64,000 nucleotides of DNA from a virus. The stretch lies in the IMG/VR virus record IMGVR_UViG_3300028830_000319, positions 9,110 to 73,109 of that record. One strand, given 5' to 3'. Within the stretch, counting starts at the first letter, position 1. The number at the start of each line of letters is the position of its first letter. Shown here piece after piece: positions 46,016 to 55,421 of this stretch. The notes beneath the pieces were generated by a model that saw nothing but the letters and a program-made list of their open reading frames with translations, did not search any database and was not told where the DNA came from. A program made the translations under genes and the position numbers.

Positions 46016-47787
46016 CCATGAACAAATTCAAGATCAGCAAAGACCTATCACTGCCTGTGGAGACCATCACCCAGGCCATTTCCATCCTTGGCCGCCGCGG
46101 CTCGGGCAAGACAAACACTGCCGTCGTGCTAGCCGAACGCATGCTGGAATGCGGCTATCCGATCGTGGTGCTGGATCCGCTGGGCGTGTGGTGGGGGCTG
46201 CGCTCGAGCTCCGACGGCAAGGGCCCTGGTTACCCAGTGATCATCTTTGGCGGCGAGCATGCGGACGTGCCGCTCCAGCCGACCGGCGGCAAGCTCGTGG
46301 CCGATTTCGTGGTCCGAGAACGGCAGCCAGTCATTCTGGACCTGTTTGGCTTCGGCGAAAACGACATGCGGCGGTTCGTAGCCGATTTCGCGACCCAGTT
46401 TTACAAGACCAATCGCGAGGCGATCCACTGGTTCGTGGACGAGGCCGACGAGTTCGCGCCGCAATCGCCCAGCGGTGGGCCCGGGGCTGCCTGCTTGGGC
46501 GCCATGCAAAACATCGTCCGCCGCGGCCGTGCCAAGGGGATCGGTGTCACGCTCATTACGCAGCGGTCCGCCGTCCTGAATAAATCGGTGCTGACCCAGA
46601 CCGAATGCTTAGTCGCGATGCAGACGACGGGCCCGCACGACCTCAAGGCGATCGACGAATGGATCAAATACCACGGCACGCCAGAGGAACGCGAGGCGAT
46701 CATGAAGTCGCTGACCAGCCTCGAGCGCGGCGACGCGTGGTTCTATAGCCCCTCGTGGCTCAAACTGCTCAAAAAGGTGCATGTCTCGGCTCGATCGACC
46801 TTTGATAGCAGCCAGACCCCCAAGGCCGGCGAAGCCCGCCGGGAGCCCAAGCGGCTGGCCGACGTCGATCTGGTACGCGTGGCCAAACAAATGGCCGCCA
46901 CTGTGGAAGAGGCCAAGGCCAACGACCCCAAGGAATTGCGCAAGCAGATTGCCGAGCTTCAGAAGCAGCTGAAAGGGCAGGGGAGCGACCCCAAAGCGCT
47001 CGAGTCGGCCGAGAGCCGCGGCGAGCAGCGCGGCCGCCAGGCGGCTCAAGCCGAGATCAAGCAATTGCGCGAGGCCGTGTGTGACCGTGAGAGCCGGCTT
47101 GCCAAGGTAGATGATCTGCTGATCAAAGCGGCAAAGCTCGCGCATCTGAACGGCGAAGCCCTTGGCCCAGTTTCGGTCAGTCCGCCCAAAGTCGTCCAGT
47201 CCGCGCGGCAAGCCCCGGCAATTACGCGGCCGGCCGCGCGGCCTATTACTGAGCCTGCTGCAGCAATTCGCCCAGACGGGTTTAATCTCAATAAGGCCCA
47301 GCAGCGCATCGTCGATTCGTTGGCTTGGCTGGAATCGATCGAGATCCGCGAGCCGTCGAACATTCAGCTTGGCGCGGTGGCACTTATCGATACCACCGGT
47401 GGCTATTTTTCGAATCTCGTTGGGCCGCTATCGACCAATGGTCTCGTGACCCGGAGCCGCGGATGTCTCTGCCTGACCGACGCCGGACGCGCGCTGGCTC
47501 AGCCAATGGAAGACGTCGCCACGCTAGACGACTATCACGAAATGCTGCGCGGCCGCCTGCGCAAGCTCAAATCAGCGGCGGGAAAATCGGTCGAGATACT
47601 GAACGTGATGATTGCGCATGCCGGCGAGGAAATGACGACCGAACAGATTGGCGCGGAAATTGGCGTTGACCATACGGGCGGATACTTCTCCAACTTGATC
47701 GGGCCGCTTTCGACTCTTGGGCTGATCAAGCGCGATCGTGGAAATGTGGCACCGACTTCGATTCTCTTCCCCGACAATCTGGCATAG
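46012..47787 (+). CDS. HerA/FtsK-like (DUF87) ATPase with coiled coil and tandem C-terminal winged helices
   Basis: GRRGSGKT, VDEADEF, RRGRAKGIG, ITQR; duplicated GGYFSNLxGPLST. Confidence 0.8.
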   Translation: MTMNKFKISKDLSLPVETITQAISILGRRGSGKTNTAVVLAERMLECGYPIVVLDPLGVWWGLRSSSDGKGPGYPVIIFGGEHADVPLQPTGGKLVADFVVRERQPVILDLFGFGENDMRRFVADFATQFYKTNREAIHWFVDEADEFAPQSPSGGPGAACLGAMQNIVRRGRAKGIGVTLITQRSAVLNKSVLTQTECLVAMQTTGPHDLKAIDEWIKYHGTPEEREAIMKSLTSLERGDAWFYSPSWLKLLKKVHVSARSTFDSSQTPKAGEARREPKRLADVDLVRVAKQMAATVEEAKANDPKELRKQIAELQKQLKGQGSDPKALESAESRGEQRGRQAAQAEIKQLREAVCDRESRLAKVDDLLIKAAKLAHLNGEALGPVSVSPPKVVQSARQAPAITRPAARPITEPAAAIRPDGFNLNKAQQRIVDSLAWLESIEIREPSNIQLGAVALIDTTGGYFSNLVGPLSTNGLVTRSRGCLCLTDAGRALAQPMEDVATLDDYHEMLRGRLRKLKSAAGKSVEILNVMIAHAGEEMTTEQIGAEIGVDHTGGYFSNLIGPLSTLGLIKRDRGNVAPTSILFPDNLA

Positions 47788-47857
47788 AGAAAGTCAACCT
47801 TGAAGCCATGAAGGCCCAGCGGTAGCAAGAGCCAAACATTCCACGGAGGGTTTTCCC

Positions 47858-48130
47858 ATGAGACGACGATGCACACGACTCAGCGAGCATTTGCACCTGA
47901 TCCCGCAGCTCAGCCCAGCGCAGATACGTCTGACGCTGTTGGAAGAGTTGACCGAGGAACAAGAGGACGAATTGGACGCGGCCATAACCGAAATCACGCG
48001 AATCATGCGGCAGTATGCTCCGCGCGACAAGGTTGGTCCAATCCACAGTTCGGAGCCGTGGACGGTTCCAGTCATCTTTTTCGGTGACGCGCCCGAACTC
48101 GACGTGGCGATCGCTGGCTGGGAAGTGTGA
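47858..48130 (+). CDS. Hypothetical protein
   Basis: RBS GGAGGG. Confidence 0.55.
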   Translation: MRRRCTRLSEHLHLIPQLSPAQIRLTLLEELTEEQEDELDAAITEITRIMRQYAPRDKVGPIHSSEPWTVPVIFFGDAPELDVAIAGWEV

Positions 48131-48134
48131 CCGA

Positions 48135-48305
48135 ATGGCCGACGATAAACTTTACCGCTGGCGCGTGCGAACCAAGCTGCCAGAGCGATTTGGTCAGACG
48201 TGCCATGTGCTGGCGCGGGGCAAGATGAACTCAGCGCTCGTTCAATTTGAAGATGGCTTCCGAGTGATCACCAGCCGAAACTTTGTCCGAAGGATTCAAC
48301 CATGA
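48135..48305 (+). CDS. Hypothetical protein (56 aa)
   Basis: GQTCHVLARGKMNSALVQFEDG, SH3/KOW-like. Confidence 0.55.
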   Translation: MADDKLYRWRVRTKLPERFGQTCHVLARGKMNSALVQFEDGFRVITSRNFVRRIQP

Positions 48306-48466
48306 CCCACGACGATTTCATCAAGCTCGTGTTCGACATGCGGTACACGCAAAAGCTCTATTTCCAGACCAGGAACAAGACCACCTTGGTCGAATCGAAG
48401 CGGCTGGAAAAGAAGGTCGACGATGAACTCCGCCGGCTGCTGGAGCTTGAAGCACAGGCGGGCTAG
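48302..48466 (+). CDS. Hypothetical protein (54 aa; not in the ORF track)
   Basis: MTHDDFIKLVFDMRYTQKLYF...KRLEKKVDD; ATGA-coupled. Confidence 0.6.
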   Translation: MTHDDFIKLVFDMRYTQKLYFQTRNKTTLVESKRLEKKVDDELRRLLELEAQAG

Positions 48467-48492
48467 GGTAATGGAGATGGTTCGGCATGTAG

Positions 48493-49377
48493 TTAAACTT
48501 GGAGATTCCAAAAACGGCATTCCTGCTTGACGCCCAGGCTATTTGCGGCACGCTCGATGATTTCTTTAAGATTTCGCTGGTCCCACCCGGAGTAGAGCGA
48601 CATATTCCATAATGGCTTTGACATCGACGTAAATGCGGTGGCAGCAATATTGTGAGCGTGCATCGCATTGAATGTCTTAATTATTGCGATTGCCTCATTT
48701 CCGCCGATCGCGATCTCGAGTTCATCAACTCGTTGGTAGCAGAGCTTGTGAATTGCCCAGGAATGTCCGTGAGCAACTGCTGACAGATTTCGATACTCCA
48801 GCGCTTCGCCTAATTCATCGCCAATTACGGATGTTGCTGAGTATTGCGGAACGCCAATTGCTTTAATCACCCCTTTTTTATCTCTCGTGATCTGGCACCC
48901 AAACGATTGTGCAACAGTGGCAAGTTGTTCTTGTTTGGCGACGATAAACTCAGACTGATCCGTAGGATTGTTCTTTGCTTCTGAATACTTAAGAAACTCG
49001 ACTAGCCCATTGAACCTTACCGCAAGGTAGCGTTTGATTCGCTTCTCGATAGCAATGGAAGGATCGACGAGCCATGAGGCCAAAGCACATGACTCGAGCA
49101 TTGATCGCGCGATCGTGGCATACGCCAATCCATCTATTGGTGGAGTCAACACTTTAGAGATTGCTGATAGATGGTCGGCGCTCAGCTCAATTTGAAATCG
49201 CGCAACGGCTATAGCAGAAACAATGAGATCTCCGCGCTCTGAAGCGAGGTCAGTTGCATGAATTGAGCCGTTTGTTGGCTGCATGCCGTGCTCTTGAACA
49301 AAGTCCTTGACGTCGCTCCAGAAGCGAACAAGGGCCTGACATACCATTGACATTCTATCTGAATCAGTCATCGGCAT
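48493..49377 (-). CDS. HEPN-like (DUF5677-like) helical protein
   Basis: IARSMLES...WL; YRNLSAVAHG (Rx6H); AT-richer than flanks. Confidence 0.55.
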   Translation of the reverse strand: MPMTDSDRMSMVCQALVRFWSDVKDFVQEHGMQPTNGSIHATDLASERGDLIVSAIAVARFQIELSADHLSAISKVLTPPIDGLAYATIARSMLESCALASWLVDPSIAIEKRIKRYLAVRFNGLVEFLKYSEAKNNPTDQSEFIVAKQEQLATVAQSFGCQITRDKKGVIKAIGVPQYSATSVIGDELGEALEYRNLSAVAHGHSWAIHKLCYQRVDELEIAIGGNEAIAIIKTFNAMHAHNIAATAFTSMSKPLWNMSLYSGWDQRNLKEIIERAANSLGVKQECRFWNLQV

Positions 49378-49448
49378 CTGTTACTGTCCTTTTTAAATCA
49401 CGGGAGGCTATGTTCTTGGCAAGGCATGATCATTTAAGAGATGGCCAC

Positions 49449-50306
49449 TCAGGGATCATCTCCTCTCCACGGCCGGCAGTCTGGATCGAATCCCAACGCG
49501 TCGGCGAGCCGATCAAATGCCGCAATGGCCTGGGCCGTTTCGTGGCCGCCATACACCAAGAAGCGTTTTATTACTGTCGATATTGCCATGACTGCGGTGA
49601 TCACTAGAAGGCAATGGTTTCCTGCGTCATCCTTTTGTTCGATAACTCCCGACAGCATTCCATCATGATCAACCACTTGGCCTGTCTCTTTGTAAACGAC
49701 AGCAAGCGTTGCCCAGATTTGCCCGTGGGCAACGCCTGAGAGCAGGCGATAGTCCAGCTCGCTTCCAAACACTTCGTTGCTAATTGCGGTAAACGGCATT
49801 CTTTTCTTGGGAATGCTACAGCCTATTGCGGTCGCTTCCGCTTGAAGTTCTACGAGTTTATTCTTGACCCAATTCGGGTTATGGTTTGGATCCTTGGCTG
49901 AAACCGCAAATTTGTTATGCTCCACCAGCGCGTCATTCCTTATCGAGAAGACGAGGCTTGCTCGTGCCATTGCCGACAGTGCTGGATTCATGATCCACGC
50001 GCCAAGTGCTGATGACTCTACAACGCCCCTGGCGCACGTCCAGCATGCCATCTGAAGCGGTGGTTCGTTTGCGGTGCGACAGAACGCAGTCAGGTGATCA
50101 ATTGCGGAATGGATCAATGTCGACGCGATAGAAATCCCTGCCATCACCTGGGACATGCCTACAGAAGCCTGGGCTTCGGTTTGCGCCGTCGATCCGGCAA
50201 TGGGCTTGCCGTTCGTTGCAGTAAGAACTTGTTCGATGTCAGCGACGAGTCGAGGAATGGACTCCCGAATCAACGCCAGCTTGTGCCGGTCATCCGTAGA
50301 AAGCAT
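49449..50306 (-). CDS. HEPN-like (DUF5677-like) helical protein, distant paralog
   Basis: CARGVVES...WI; YRLLSGVAHG (Rx6H). Confidence 0.55.
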   Translation of the reverse strand: MLSTDDRHKLALIRESIPRLVADIEQVLTATNGKPIAGSTAQTEAQASVGMSQVMAGISIASTLIHSAIDHLTAFCRTANEPPLQMACWTCARGVVESSALGAWIMNPALSAMARASLVFSIRNDALVEHNKFAVSAKDPNHNPNWVKNKLVELQAEATAIGCSIPKKRMPFTAISNEVFGSELDYRLLSGVAHGQIWATLAVVYKETGQVVDHDGMLSGVIEQKDDAGNHCLLVITAVMAISTVIKRFLVYGGHETAQAIAAFDRLADALGFDPDCRPWRGDDP

Positions 50307-50435
50307 GTGCGGTACCTTGCCTAGAAAGTAAAGCTATAGGCATATTCTCCCGCGCAAGCCGCAGCGGCGGCAAGATAAGATGCGCAGGATCAGTCTGCCA
50401 AAGAGGCGGCAGAATGGACGGGATCCAGGGGGCGA

Positions 50436-50759
50436 TTATGCCTCGCCCTGGCCTCGCCTCGCTGGGCAGGGCTGTTTGACCCGCTCCTGTAGCACGGCGA
50501 TCTCGCGGGACTGTTCATGCACCTTCTTATCCAGCTCGCCGTGATGGTTCCACAGCTTGTCGATCTGCGCGAGCATTTTGTCGTTGCCGTCTTCGATGCG
50601 GACCAGCGTCTTATTGACGGCCTCTAATTGGCTCTCGTTAGAGCCTTTCCACTCGCCAATGCGATTGGAGACCTTGATGGCTGCTGTGAACACCGTGACG
50701 GCAAGGCCGGCGATCGTGAGGACGATAGCCAAGACGGGAAGGACCGATGACGTTTCCAT
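50436..50759 (-). CDS. Membrane-anchored coiled-coil protein (XhlA/holin-like)
   Basis: One N-terminal TM helix, then a heptad coiled coil. Confidence 0.55.
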   Translation of the reverse strand: METSSVLPVLAIVLTIAGLAVTVFTAAIKVSNRIGEWKGSNESQLEAVNKTLVRIEDGNDKMLAQIDKLWNHHGELDKKVHEQSREIAVLQERVKQPCPARRGQGEA

Positions 50760-50778
50760 GTCGCCCTCGATGGTTATG

Positions 50779-50818
50779 AAAACGCCCGGCGCCGCGATCT
50801 TCCAACACGGCGCCGGGC
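50779..50818 (-). terminator. Probable terminator
   Basis: GCCCGGCGCCG/CGGCGCCGGGC 11-bp stem followed by GTTTT on the minus strand. Confidence 0.5.
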
Positions 50819-50860
50819 TGCGTTACCTGGCGTATCACTCGCCACGCACTCCGGAGAATC

Positions 50861-51202
50861 CTAAGCGTTCCCTGCCGGCAGGTCTTGCGGCGTGCCAAGC
50901 GGCGCGTCGCCGAAGCTGGCAACTGCGCCAGCCACGACCTCGACCGTGAACGCACCGGTGGCCTTGCCATCGCTCACCGTGATCGTGACGGCCCCGAGCT
51001 TCGGTGGTTGAGCCGCGGCACAGCGCACGGCCAGCGGAATGGCCGCGCCGCCGGCGTCGAGAGCGTTGCCGACCGTCACAATCGACGGGTCACTCGACGT
51101 GAAGGTCAAGGCGTTCGGTTCGGTTGTCGGCAGCCCTGCCGCATCCAAGGGGGTCAGCCCCACGTCCTGATACTGATTGTCGCCGATCGTATATTTGCCC
51201 AT
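50861..51202 (-). CDS. Small Ig-like (Big_2-type) domain protein; ORF could start at 51451
   Basis: LTFTSSDPSIVTV...GAVTITVS; RBS GGAG before ATG 51202. Confidence 0.65.
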   Translation of the reverse strand: MGKYTIGDNQYQDVGLTPLDAAGLPTTEPNALTFTSSDPSIVTVGNALDAGGAAIPLAVRCAAAQPPKLGAVTITVSDGKATGAFTVEVVAGAVASFGDAPLGTPQDLPAGNA

Positions 51203-51221
51203 GTTGATTTGCTCCAACGGT

Positions 51222-51252
51222 AAAAAAGAAAACCGGGCTACGGGGCCCGGTT
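51222..51252 (-). terminator. Terminator-like hairpin
   Basis: AACCGGGC/GCCCGGTT stem followed by TTCTTTTTT on the minus strand. Confidence 0.5.
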
Positions 51253-51507
51253 GTTGGGGTTTGGAAACGCGAAGTTGATTGCGCAGGACCTGAGCGAAAA
51301 TGACCGTGACGCCGTCCTGCGTTGCGCCCGACTGCATCGCGTTGCGGTACAGCGGATAGAGATCAGCATCGAAATACCCAGCAGGTAGCTGCAGCGGAAG
51401 GCTTTTGGACCCGAACGCTAAAGCCAGGTGCTGGGGTATTTCGTGCTGCATGGTGATTGCCCTAATTCGGCGTCTGGGGACTACCGACGCTTACCGACAG
51501 CAGTTTG

Positions 51508-52029
51508 CTAGTTGGTACGGATAACTTGCCGACTGCGGATCGTTTGCCGCTGTGGGGCCAATACGGCCGTAGGAACGGCCACGGGAGCCGCGGCAGTGAC
51601 GACGGCCGCCGACGTGACAGCCGCTGCGCAATTTCGCCGTCCAAACAGATGCGGTCGACAACTCACCGGGGTAGCGGCCAGGACGGGCGTGGCAGCAAAG
51701 GTGGTTACCGCGGGCAAGGCAGCAGCAACAGGGACAGCGGACGTGACGGTCGCAGTCTGGAAGACCGGAACGGCCTGAGTCACCTGCATGAAGCTGGTCA
51801 CCGGTACAGCGGCTGCTTGCACGGCCTGGAACTGGGATACCACCGGCGCGAAAGCCTGGGGACCAGGAACCACGCACGGATCGACCGCGGGCACCGCGGG
51901 CTGAATCACGGGCTTTTGAACGACTTGCCCGTCACAGGCGATTGCGAAGGTCGGCGCTAAGGCCATGAACAGCATCGCGACGGCCACGAGGGCGAACAAC
52001 ACATTGAGGCGTTTCTTTTCATTTCCCAT
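51508..52029 (-). CDS. Exported Ala/Val/Pro/Thr-rich low-complexity protein
   Basis: Basic-hydrophobic signal peptide ending AIAC; contains CRPHLFGRRNC. Confidence 0.65.
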   Translation of the reverse strand: MGNEKKRLNVLFALVAVAMLFMALAPTFAIACDGQVVQKPVIQPAVPAVDPCVVPGPQAFAPVVSQFQAVQAAAVPVTSFMQVTQAVPVFQTATVTSAVPVAAALPAVTTFAATPVLAATPVSCRPHLFGRRNCAAAVTSAAVVTAAAPVAVPTAVLAPQRQTIRSRQVIRTN

Positions 52030-52143
52030 GATGGGGAACTCTCCTAAATAGTTGGCGGCGGACAGGTAACGAACAATGCCCACGGCGACCTTTTTGAGAG
52101 ATCGCCGTGGGCGCGCAACAAGGGTTTGTACGAGCGTTTGAGC

Positions 52144-52455
52144 TTACTTCGCGGCGACGTTGCTCAGCGCCGGAGTATTGGCCTGGATCGCCAGCAGCGC
52201 TTTCAGGCTGACGCCGGTTTTGGTGCGCTTGGCGATTTGCATCTGCGGCACGTCAGCCGTGGCCGGCAGGGGCGAATACGTTCGCGCGGCGAGGGTCGGC
52301 GTCAAGTTCTGCGCGGTGGCTTGCACCGGCGCGGCTTGGTTGACGTTGCAGTTCATCATCGGAGCCCGGCGGCCGAACAAAGCGGCTTCCGCGGGGGCCG
52401 AGAATCCCAGGCTGACGATTGCCACAGCACAAAGATCCATCAACAGACCACGCAT
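52144..52455 (-). CDS. Small exported protein
   Basis: Signal peptide ending AEA, then ALFGRRAPMMNC. Confidence 0.6.
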   Translation of the reverse strand: MRGLLMDLCAVAIVSLGFSAPAEAALFGRRAPMMNCNVNQAAPVQATAQNLTPTLAARTYSPLPATADVPQMQIAKRTKTGVSLKALLAIQANTPALSNVAAK

Positions 52456-52489
52456 GAGATCACCGTCCTTTCGAGATAGAGTTGACCGG

Positions 52490-53290
52490 TCACTTGTTGC
52501 CCTGGAGGACACTGGCGACGTGTTCTAGTAAAGCCGCCTCACTCGGTCCACCCCTAGATTCTCCGCCGGCCGTGGCCGCATCCGCGAACAAGTCGCGACA
52601 GTTTTGGAAAAACGATTTTCCATTGGTCACGCCGAGCCATGGCGCCAGCGCCGGGCCGAGTTTGAAAGAGGCAGCGACCGACCAATCGTCAACGGCTCGC
52701 GCGGGCGATTTTCTTCCCTCGCGGATCGCCTTGGCGACCTCGAGCGCCGCTTCCGCGATCGAAGTTTGCTCCACCTGACGGTTCGCACTGGGCACGCATT
52801 CGGCCCAACGCCGTATCAGTGTGGCCGGATCGGAGGCTGACTCTGCGGGCGCGTGGTCGGTAACCATGCGCGGCTTTTCGACGATCCCGACCCAGATTTC
52901 TTGGCGCGAGAAACCCTTTGCTACCCCTGTGGCCATCACCCGGATCGTGTAAACACCCGGCGCGCCAGTGAATCGCACGCGATGATGCTCCCCGTCGAGG
53001 ATCGTGTTATTTTCCCCTGGGTCGGGGGATACCATCACATCCCAATCGCGCACCGGTCCGCCCGCATTTTCAATTTCGACCGTGACGATGTTGTGCTCTT
53101 CAACGGCCTTCGGCGCTTTGAGCCTGATCGCTGGGGCTGCAGTCTGATTTCTGACCGGCAGCACGGGCGCCAAAGGCGGAGCATTTCCTTTGGTAGTTTC
53201 CGGCTGTAGATCAGCCACATCGGCCCCGGCGCCAATCGCGAGGCAAATGCACAGTCCGGCCGTGAGGTACATCGCAGCACGTTTTTTCAT
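52490..53290 (-). CDS. Exported protein (beta-sandwich plus helical domain)
   Basis: N-terminal signal peptide; coupled to the cytochrome gene. Confidence 0.65.
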   Translation of the reverse strand: MKKRAAMYLTAGLCICLAIGAGADVADLQPETTKGNAPPLAPVLPVRNQTAAPAIRLKAPKAVEEHNIVTVEIENAGGPVRDWDVMVSPDPGENNTILDGEHHRVRFTGAPGVYTIRVMATGVAKGFSRQEIWVGIVEKPRMVTDHAPAESASDPATLIRRWAECVPSANRQVEQTSIAEAALEVAKAIREGRKSPARAVDDWSVAASFKLGPALAPWLGVTNGKSFFQNCRDLFADAATAGGESRGGPSEAALLEHVASVLQGNK

Positions 53291-54402
53291 GGTCTTGCCT
53301 CGTGCGGGTTAGGGCGAAAGGGGTATTTGTCAGGCGAGTTTTGGAAACCGAGCGTCAGGAAATCAACCAGGTCGGCGGCCTCAGCGTTGGTGAAAGTGAT
53401 CTTGGCCACCGATGGATCAATGCCGTTAGCGCGAAAGACCTGGCCGTTCACGGAGAACCGGCCGCCAAATTGAAAGTAGCCAACGACTTCCTCGATCGTC
53501 TTGAGCGATCCGTCGTGCATGTACGGCGGCGTGCGTGGGAATTCGATCAGGCTCGGCGTCCGGAACTTGAAGTTGTCGCGTGGGTCCTGGGTTACCGCGC
53601 CACGCCCTGTGTCGGTCGACCTCGAGCGCGCGGAGATCCCGAGATTGTGGAATTTGTCGTTTTGCCAGGCATTTTCAGGATCGTGGCATTCGATGCAGTG
53701 GATTTGAAACACCTGCCAGCCGCGGATGGCGCTGTCCGGCAGGCCGGTCTCTTCGCCCCGGTAGAGCTTGTCCGCCGGCAAGTCGCGGCTGTCGATCGAT
53801 GAGACGAAGGCCACCAAGCATTCGCGCAGCTGTGCCTCAGTGATTCCCAGCGTGCCATAGGCGATCGAGGCCAGATACCGATATCGCGGCCGCAAGTTGA
53901 TCCGTTCCACCACGGCCGCGACGCTTGGCATGCCGCACACCAGCGGATCGGTTACCGCTTGAAGAGTCTGCGCATAGAGTGACCGGGCCCGGCCATCGCG
54001 ATCTTGGAGTTTGTCCTTACGCCGGCCGGCGCCGATTATCGACGGCGTGTTGCGCACGCCGACCAGCCCGAGCCTCGCTCCGGACGTGTTGCGGGCACCA
54101 ACCGCCACCTTTAAGCCATCGGACCAGCCTTTGAGCGGATCCGGATTATGGCACGTCGCGCAGCTTACCGTCCCTTGGAGCGATAGCACGCCAGCATCAA
54201 AGAACAGTTCATAGCCAAGTTGTTCCTTGGCGGCCTCGCGAGAGATGGCCACCTGCTGGCCTCGCGCAAATGAACAGAGCCATGCCAGCAAAAGGAGTAG
54301 CAATAGAAACACGACGCGCCAGGGGGACCATCGGGACGGATAGACAACACGACGGCCACCAAATTCGGTTCCGATCAATCCGCGAAAGTCTTCCCTGGGC
54401 AT
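53287..54402 (-). CDS. Di-haem cytochrome c of the bCcP/MauG superfamily (divergent)
   Basis: LGYELFFD, SCATCH, RNTPSI, CIECH, FRTPSL, PYMHDGS; signal/TM segment. Confidence 0.9.
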   Translation of the reverse strand: MPREDFRGLIGTEFGGRRVVYPSRWSPWRVVFLLLLLLLAWLCSFARGQQVAISREAAKEQLGYELFFDAGVLSLQGTVSCATCHNPDPLKGWSDGLKVAVGARNTSGARLGLVGVRNTPSIIGAGRRKDKLQDRDGRARSLYAQTLQAVTDPLVCGMPSVAAVVERINLRPRYRYLASIAYGTLGITEAQLRECLVAFVSSIDSRDLPADKLYRGEETGLPDSAIRGWQVFQIHCIECHDPENAWQNDKFHNLGISARSRSTDTGRGAVTQDPRDNFKFRTPSLIEFPRTPPYMHDGSLKTIEEVVGYFQFGGRFSVNGQVFRANGIDPSVAKITFTNAEAADLVDFLTLGFQNSPDKYPFRPNPHEARP

Positions 54403-54416
54403 CGTTGATATCTCCG

Positions 54417-55232
54417 TTACTGAGACATAGCGTCCAGCACACGCTGGCGCCGCGAAAACTTGGGAACGTCCGTTTGCGTCGTGTTGTTGGCCAGCAGCAC
54501 GTGCGCGCTACGAGAGGGCAACAGCTGGTCGACGATCTGGCAAAAATGCTCGACGCCCGGATCCATGGCAGCGTTCACCGTGGTCCAACCGCCGGCCGCG
54601 CGGAACTGGCGAATGCCGATATAACCGCCGGTCAAAAGCCCGCTGACCTGCCCGCGGCGATCGATCGCGAACGCTTCCTTGAGCGCGCCGGTAAACGAGT
54701 ATTTGCCTTCGGATCCGGTGGGCACTTCGCCGCCAAACCACCACGGCAAGACGAAATCGGAGACTTTGACGCCGTTGATGTCATAGCCGAATTGATCGGC
54801 TTCGCAGGCGTCGCAGACTTCCTGCGCGATGATCGCGGTGATCGATCCGCGAAACCCGCCCATTTGAGTGTCGATCACCACGACGCTAGTGACGTAGGGA
54901 TCGTAAAGCATCTCCAGCAGCTCGTGACTGAGGGTGACCGAGACCGATCCACCGGCCGCCATGTCGTCTTTGACTCCCACGATTCCCCAGGGCTTGCCCT
55001 GCTTGGTCATGTGGTACCCGAGCGCGCCGGGTTGATCGGCCGAATCCGACAACACGAGCGGCCAGGCAGCAGCGGGGGACTGCGCGCCGCGCGGCACAAA
55101 CAGCAGGTCCGGAGCAATGCCGTACCACGGGGCGAAGTCTCGCGTAACTTGGATTTGGAGAGCCGGGACGATGGCCTGGACGTCGTTGTCCGACAACACG
55201 GACGTATCGTTGATGATTGCAACTTGAGGCAT
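54417..55232 (-). CDS. Zincin-like metallopeptidase (HExxE variant)
   Basis: GALGYH, TLSHELLEMLYDP, EVCDACE, VSDFVLPWWF. Confidence 0.65.
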   Translation of the reverse strand: MPQVAIINDTSVLSDNDVQAIVPALQIQVTRDFAPWYGIAPDLLFVPRGAQSPAAAWPLVLSDSADQPGALGYHMTKQGKPWGIVGVKDDMAAGGSVSVTLSHELLEMLYDPYVTSVVVIDTQMGGFRGSITAIIAQEVCDACEADQFGYDINGVKVSDFVLPWWFGGEVPTGSEGKYSFTGALKEAFAIDRRGQVSGLLTGGYIGIRQFRAAGGWTTVNAAMDPGVEHFCQIVDQLLPSRSAHVLLANNTTQTDVPKFSRRQRVLDAMSQ

Positions 55233-55421
55233 CGAGCAAGATCCTTTGAACTTGGATCACTCACGCGGATTTATTAGGTCCCCACACTTCTCGCGTGACG
55301 AAGAAGTGACCTCGCGTCCCCACCGTACATGTCAGACGAAAAGCAGCCTGCCCGGCGCCGTCATGGCGCCGAGCAGGAAAAAAGACTGGCTGGGCAATCC
55401 ATTCGTCCGTTCGCCCGTCCG

